DNA of 64,000 bases from an uncultured Alistipes sp. (GTDB lineage: Bacteria > Bacteroidota > Bacteroidia > Bacteroidales > Rikenellaceae). Both the position numbers and the translations under genes were made by a program. The stretch lies in contig CAZGYX010000007.1 of assembly GCA_964530735.1 (NCBI GenBank), positions 998-64,997 of the forward strand. The letters run 5' to 3'. Position 1 is the first letter of the stretch. Each line of letters opens with the position of its first letter. Positions 63,337-64,000 of this stretch are shown here, in pieces. Below the pieces are notes generated by a model, which ran no database searches, had not been told where the DNA came from, and saw only the letters and a program-made list of their open reading frames with translations.

Positions 63337-63783
63337 CTAAGCCCGCAACGCGGCAAAAAAGGTTTTTATAAGGGCGGTGCAATCTTCTGCAAGGATGCCG
63401 GATGTGGTGGTCGTCTTGGGGTGGAAAACCTGTTCGGAGTAGCATCGGTAGCCGCGTTTCGGGTCGTCGGCGCCCCACACCACGCGGGCGATTTGCGCCC
63501 AGCCGATCGCTCCGGCGCACATGATGCACGGCTCGACCGTGACGTAGAGCGTGCATTTTTGCAGGTACTTCCCGCCGAGCGTCGCGGCGGCGGCCGTCAG
63601 TGCCTGCATTTCGGCATGGGCCGTCGGGTCGTCGAGCGTCTCCACCAGATTGTGCCCCCGTCCGACGACGGCCCCGTCGGCCACTACGACGGCCCCGATC
63701 GGGACTTCGCCCTGCTCCTGCGCTTTGCGGGCTTCGGCCAGCGCGAGCCGCATGAATTTTTCGTCGATTTCCTGCTGCGTCAT
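63337..63783 (-). CDS. tadA: tRNA adenosine deaminase / nucleoside deaminase
   Basis: EVPIGAVVV, TAHAE, TVEPCIMC.GA. Confidence 0.9.
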   Translation of the reverse strand: MTQQEIDEKFMRLALAEARKAQEQGEVPIGAVVVADGAVVGRGHNLVETLDDPTAHAEMQALTAAAATLGGKYLQKCTLYVTVEPCIMCAGAIGWAQIARVVWGADDPKRGYRCYSEQVFHPKTTTTSGILAEDCTALIKTFFAALRA

Positions 63784-63843
63784 GGTACGGATTTTCTGCA
63801 AAAATAGTTATATTTGCCGAAATAATTTGGCGAAGTCAGAAAA

Positions 63844-64000
63844 ATGGAATTCGAAGGAACCGTGTACAAAATGATGCCCGTGACGAAGGGAACTTCGGCG
63901 CGCGGCGAATGGCAGCGGCAGGATGTCGTCTTCGAGATGCAGGACGGCAGCTTTACGCGCAAAATCTGCGTGACTTTTTTCAACCGGCCCGACGACGTGG
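63844..64000 (+). CDS. DUF3127 domain (OB-fold-like) protein, 3' truncated; not in the ORF track
   Basis: Translates as MEFEGTVYKMMPVTKGTSARGEWQRQDVVFEMQDGSFTRKICVTFF; -7 box TATATTTG at 63809. Confidence 0.8.
   Translation, partial: MEFEGTVYKMMPVTKGTSARGEWQRQDVVFEMQDGSFTRKICVTFFNRPDDV

Overview
A GC-rich Bacteroidota chromosome segment, most likely Alistipes/Rikenellaceae (inferred from gene content, high GC and TAnnTTTG -7 promoters). The flanks (1-25.5 kb and 53.4-64 kb) are mostly core genes: ECF sigma, rsmG, a glycine-lipid acyltransferase pair, pnp, rpsO, apbE, cinA, a truncated rsmH-ftsL-ftsI cluster, deoC, gcvT, yfhO, tRNA-Ser(CGA), ugd, queG, an acyl-CoA ligase and tadA. The centre (25.6-53.1 kb) holds xylB-xylA and an XylR-type LacI/AraC regulator broken by a G11 tract (G9 or G12 restores the frame). 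Divergent from that regulator is a 12-gene, 21-kb SusCD locus combining four glycosidases (GH92, GH63/MGH1-like, GH20, ricin-GH2) with five phosphoesterase domains, a ROK kinase and a possible catalytically dead EEP-fold lipoprotein. The same 29-bp motif starts exactly 59 bp before the -7 box at both promoters of this locus. The best candidate for an undescribed system is a phosphoglycan-utilisation locus under a possibly phase-variable activator. Other oddities are a PyrD-like protein with a remodelled orotate site, a 74-bp promoter-associated hairpin element, a small dispersed repeat, a lipoprotein with a prion-like tail and two candidate operators. All family calls are from motifs read by eye; no database searches were run.
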